Source of the DNA: Candidatus Cloacimonadales bacterium
GTDB taxonomy: Bacteria > Cloacimonadota > Cloacimonadia > Cloacimonadales > JAFGVF01
Direction of reading: 5' to 3'
DNA: 64,000 bases
Assembly (NCBI GenBank): GCA_963677495.2
Contig: CAXXOU010000003.1
Coordinates: 256,001 to 320,000, forward strand
Position numbers and translations under genes: made by a program
The notes under the pieces: generated by a model
Told to the model about the DNA's origin: nothing
Seen by the model: only the letters and a program-made list of their open reading frames with translations
Databases searched by the model: none
Shown here: positions 63,091 through 64,000 of the stretch, in pieces
How positions within the stretch are numbered: the first letter of the stretch is position 1
How the letters are laid out: the number at the start of each line of letters is the position of its first letter

Positions 63091-63167
63091 CTCGCTTGTC
63101 CCTCCCTTTAGCCTCCCTAGACCCTCCCTATGAAACCCTAAAGTTATCCACATCGTGTGCATAACTT
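63091..63167. repeat. 11-bp CTCCCT array followed by an inverted pair of DnaA boxes
   Basis: CTCGCTTGTCC, CTCCCTTTAGC, CTCCCTAGACC, CTCCCTATGAA, then AAGTTATCCACA-TCG-TGTGCATAACTT. Confidence 0.7.
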
Positions 63168-63442
63168 ATTTAACGGTGCAAAGAAGCTCTTGATGCGACT
63201 TCCTAAAGAGAAGTAGTTGGTAAGAATTGAAAAAGTATTAAAGTTGAGATGATACTGGAATATACTTATCAACCATAAGGATTTCTTAACTTAAACTATG
63301 TTTAAAGCTTGATTCAAACTTTCTTAGAAATCAAAGTTTGGCATCATATCTTAATTCATATCAAAAAAGACTTGCCTTTTTTTCTTTATCTACTCTATAC
63401 TGTCTATTGAGATGAAAACAAATAATAAATAGGGGAACAAAG

Positions 63443-64000
63443 TTGAAATTATTATATGTCGATCTTCCGTTTATTGGCGAAAAAGGTGGAGATAAGAACC
63501 GCAGTAACTTCATCTGGTCTGTGTTAAATCAACACTTTGATTGCTCACTTCTATTAGTTAAAACCTGGCACAACCTGACAAAACCTTTCCCTAAAGCTGA
63601 TAGTTTTGATTATCAGTTAGTTGCAGAAAAGAGCAATAAGCTATCGGCTGAATCAATATTCAAGTATAGAGCTGATCAGTTAAAGAAGTTCAGAGAGATA
63701 CTCATAGAGCACCAGTTCGACTATATCTTCTTTAGATTCACGAGTCATGCGATGTTAATGAGCGAAGCAGCCAAGTGCTCCCCAACTACTAAGATTATTG
63801 TTGATGTTGATATGCTATTCTCACGTATAGCTGACCTATCTTGGGAGAAGAATCCGACAATTGATAACAGATACTATTTCATGGAAAGGTTCAAGATAAG
63901 AAAATTTGAGAGTCAGCTTTTCCGAAAACCCTATCTTTTCCTTTTTTCAAATAACGTTGAAAGAGATTCAGTGATCGAAAGGTATGCAGAGGATTTACCA
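63443..64000 (+). CDS. Glycosyltransferase (GT4-like N-terminal domain), partial
   Basis: Not in the ORF track. AGGGG RBS, TTG start, MKLLYVDLPFIGEKGGDKNRSNFIW...FDYIFFRF...IIVDVD. Open to the window end. Confidence 0.65.
   Translation, partial: MKLLYVDLPFIGEKGGDKNRSNFIWSVLNQHFDCSLLLVKTWHNLTKPFPKADSFDYQLVAEKSNKLSAESIFKYRADQLKKFREILIEHQFDYIFFRFTSHAMLMSEAAKCSPTTKIIVDVDMLFSRIADLSWEKNPTIDNRYYFMERFKIRKFESQLFRKPYLFLFSNNVERDSVIERYAEDLP

Noticed and set aside
62940..63440. Chromosomal oriC
   Set aside because: Only one DnaA-box pair, a similar pair at 12881, and no dnaA, dnaN or gidA context.

Overview
AT-rich bacterial window. Ca. Cloacimonadota (FCB group) is my inference, from the many secreted proteins ending in the 'NYPNPFNP...GxYFYK...KMILMK' FlgD-Ig/T9SS-A-like C-terminal domain (CTD), strong GGAGG ribosome-binding sites (RBS) and TTGACA promoters. 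Positions 1-52.3 kb are a cluster of 11 CTD-bearing secreted proteins: four mosaic giant adhesin-like paralogues, beta-helix proteins, two GLUG-repeat proteins, an EEP nuclease and one frameshifted gene. An accessory segment (33.6-42.3 kb) interrupts it. This segment carries a three-gene operon: a C5 DNA methyltransferase, a MORC/GHKL ATPase fused to a histidine kinase, and a receiver domain fused to a HEPN-like (RxxxxH) domain. Two divergent paralogues of a small hypothetical protein bracket the operon. The remainder is housekeeping: OsmC-like, eno, ATP-grasp, ChaN-like, hybrid sensor kinase, lipocalin, CIRCE-preceded groEL with no adjacent groES, and a partial glycosyltransferase. The intergenic DNA holds an unusual family of 142-bp palindromic elements with degenerate 17-bp terminal inverted repeats and internal 11-bp-periodic head-to-head arrays of variable sequence, two DnaA-box pairs and several REP-like repeats. 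I found no CRISPR array, rRNA, tRNA, integrase or transposase. All family assignments come from motif recognition, not database searches.
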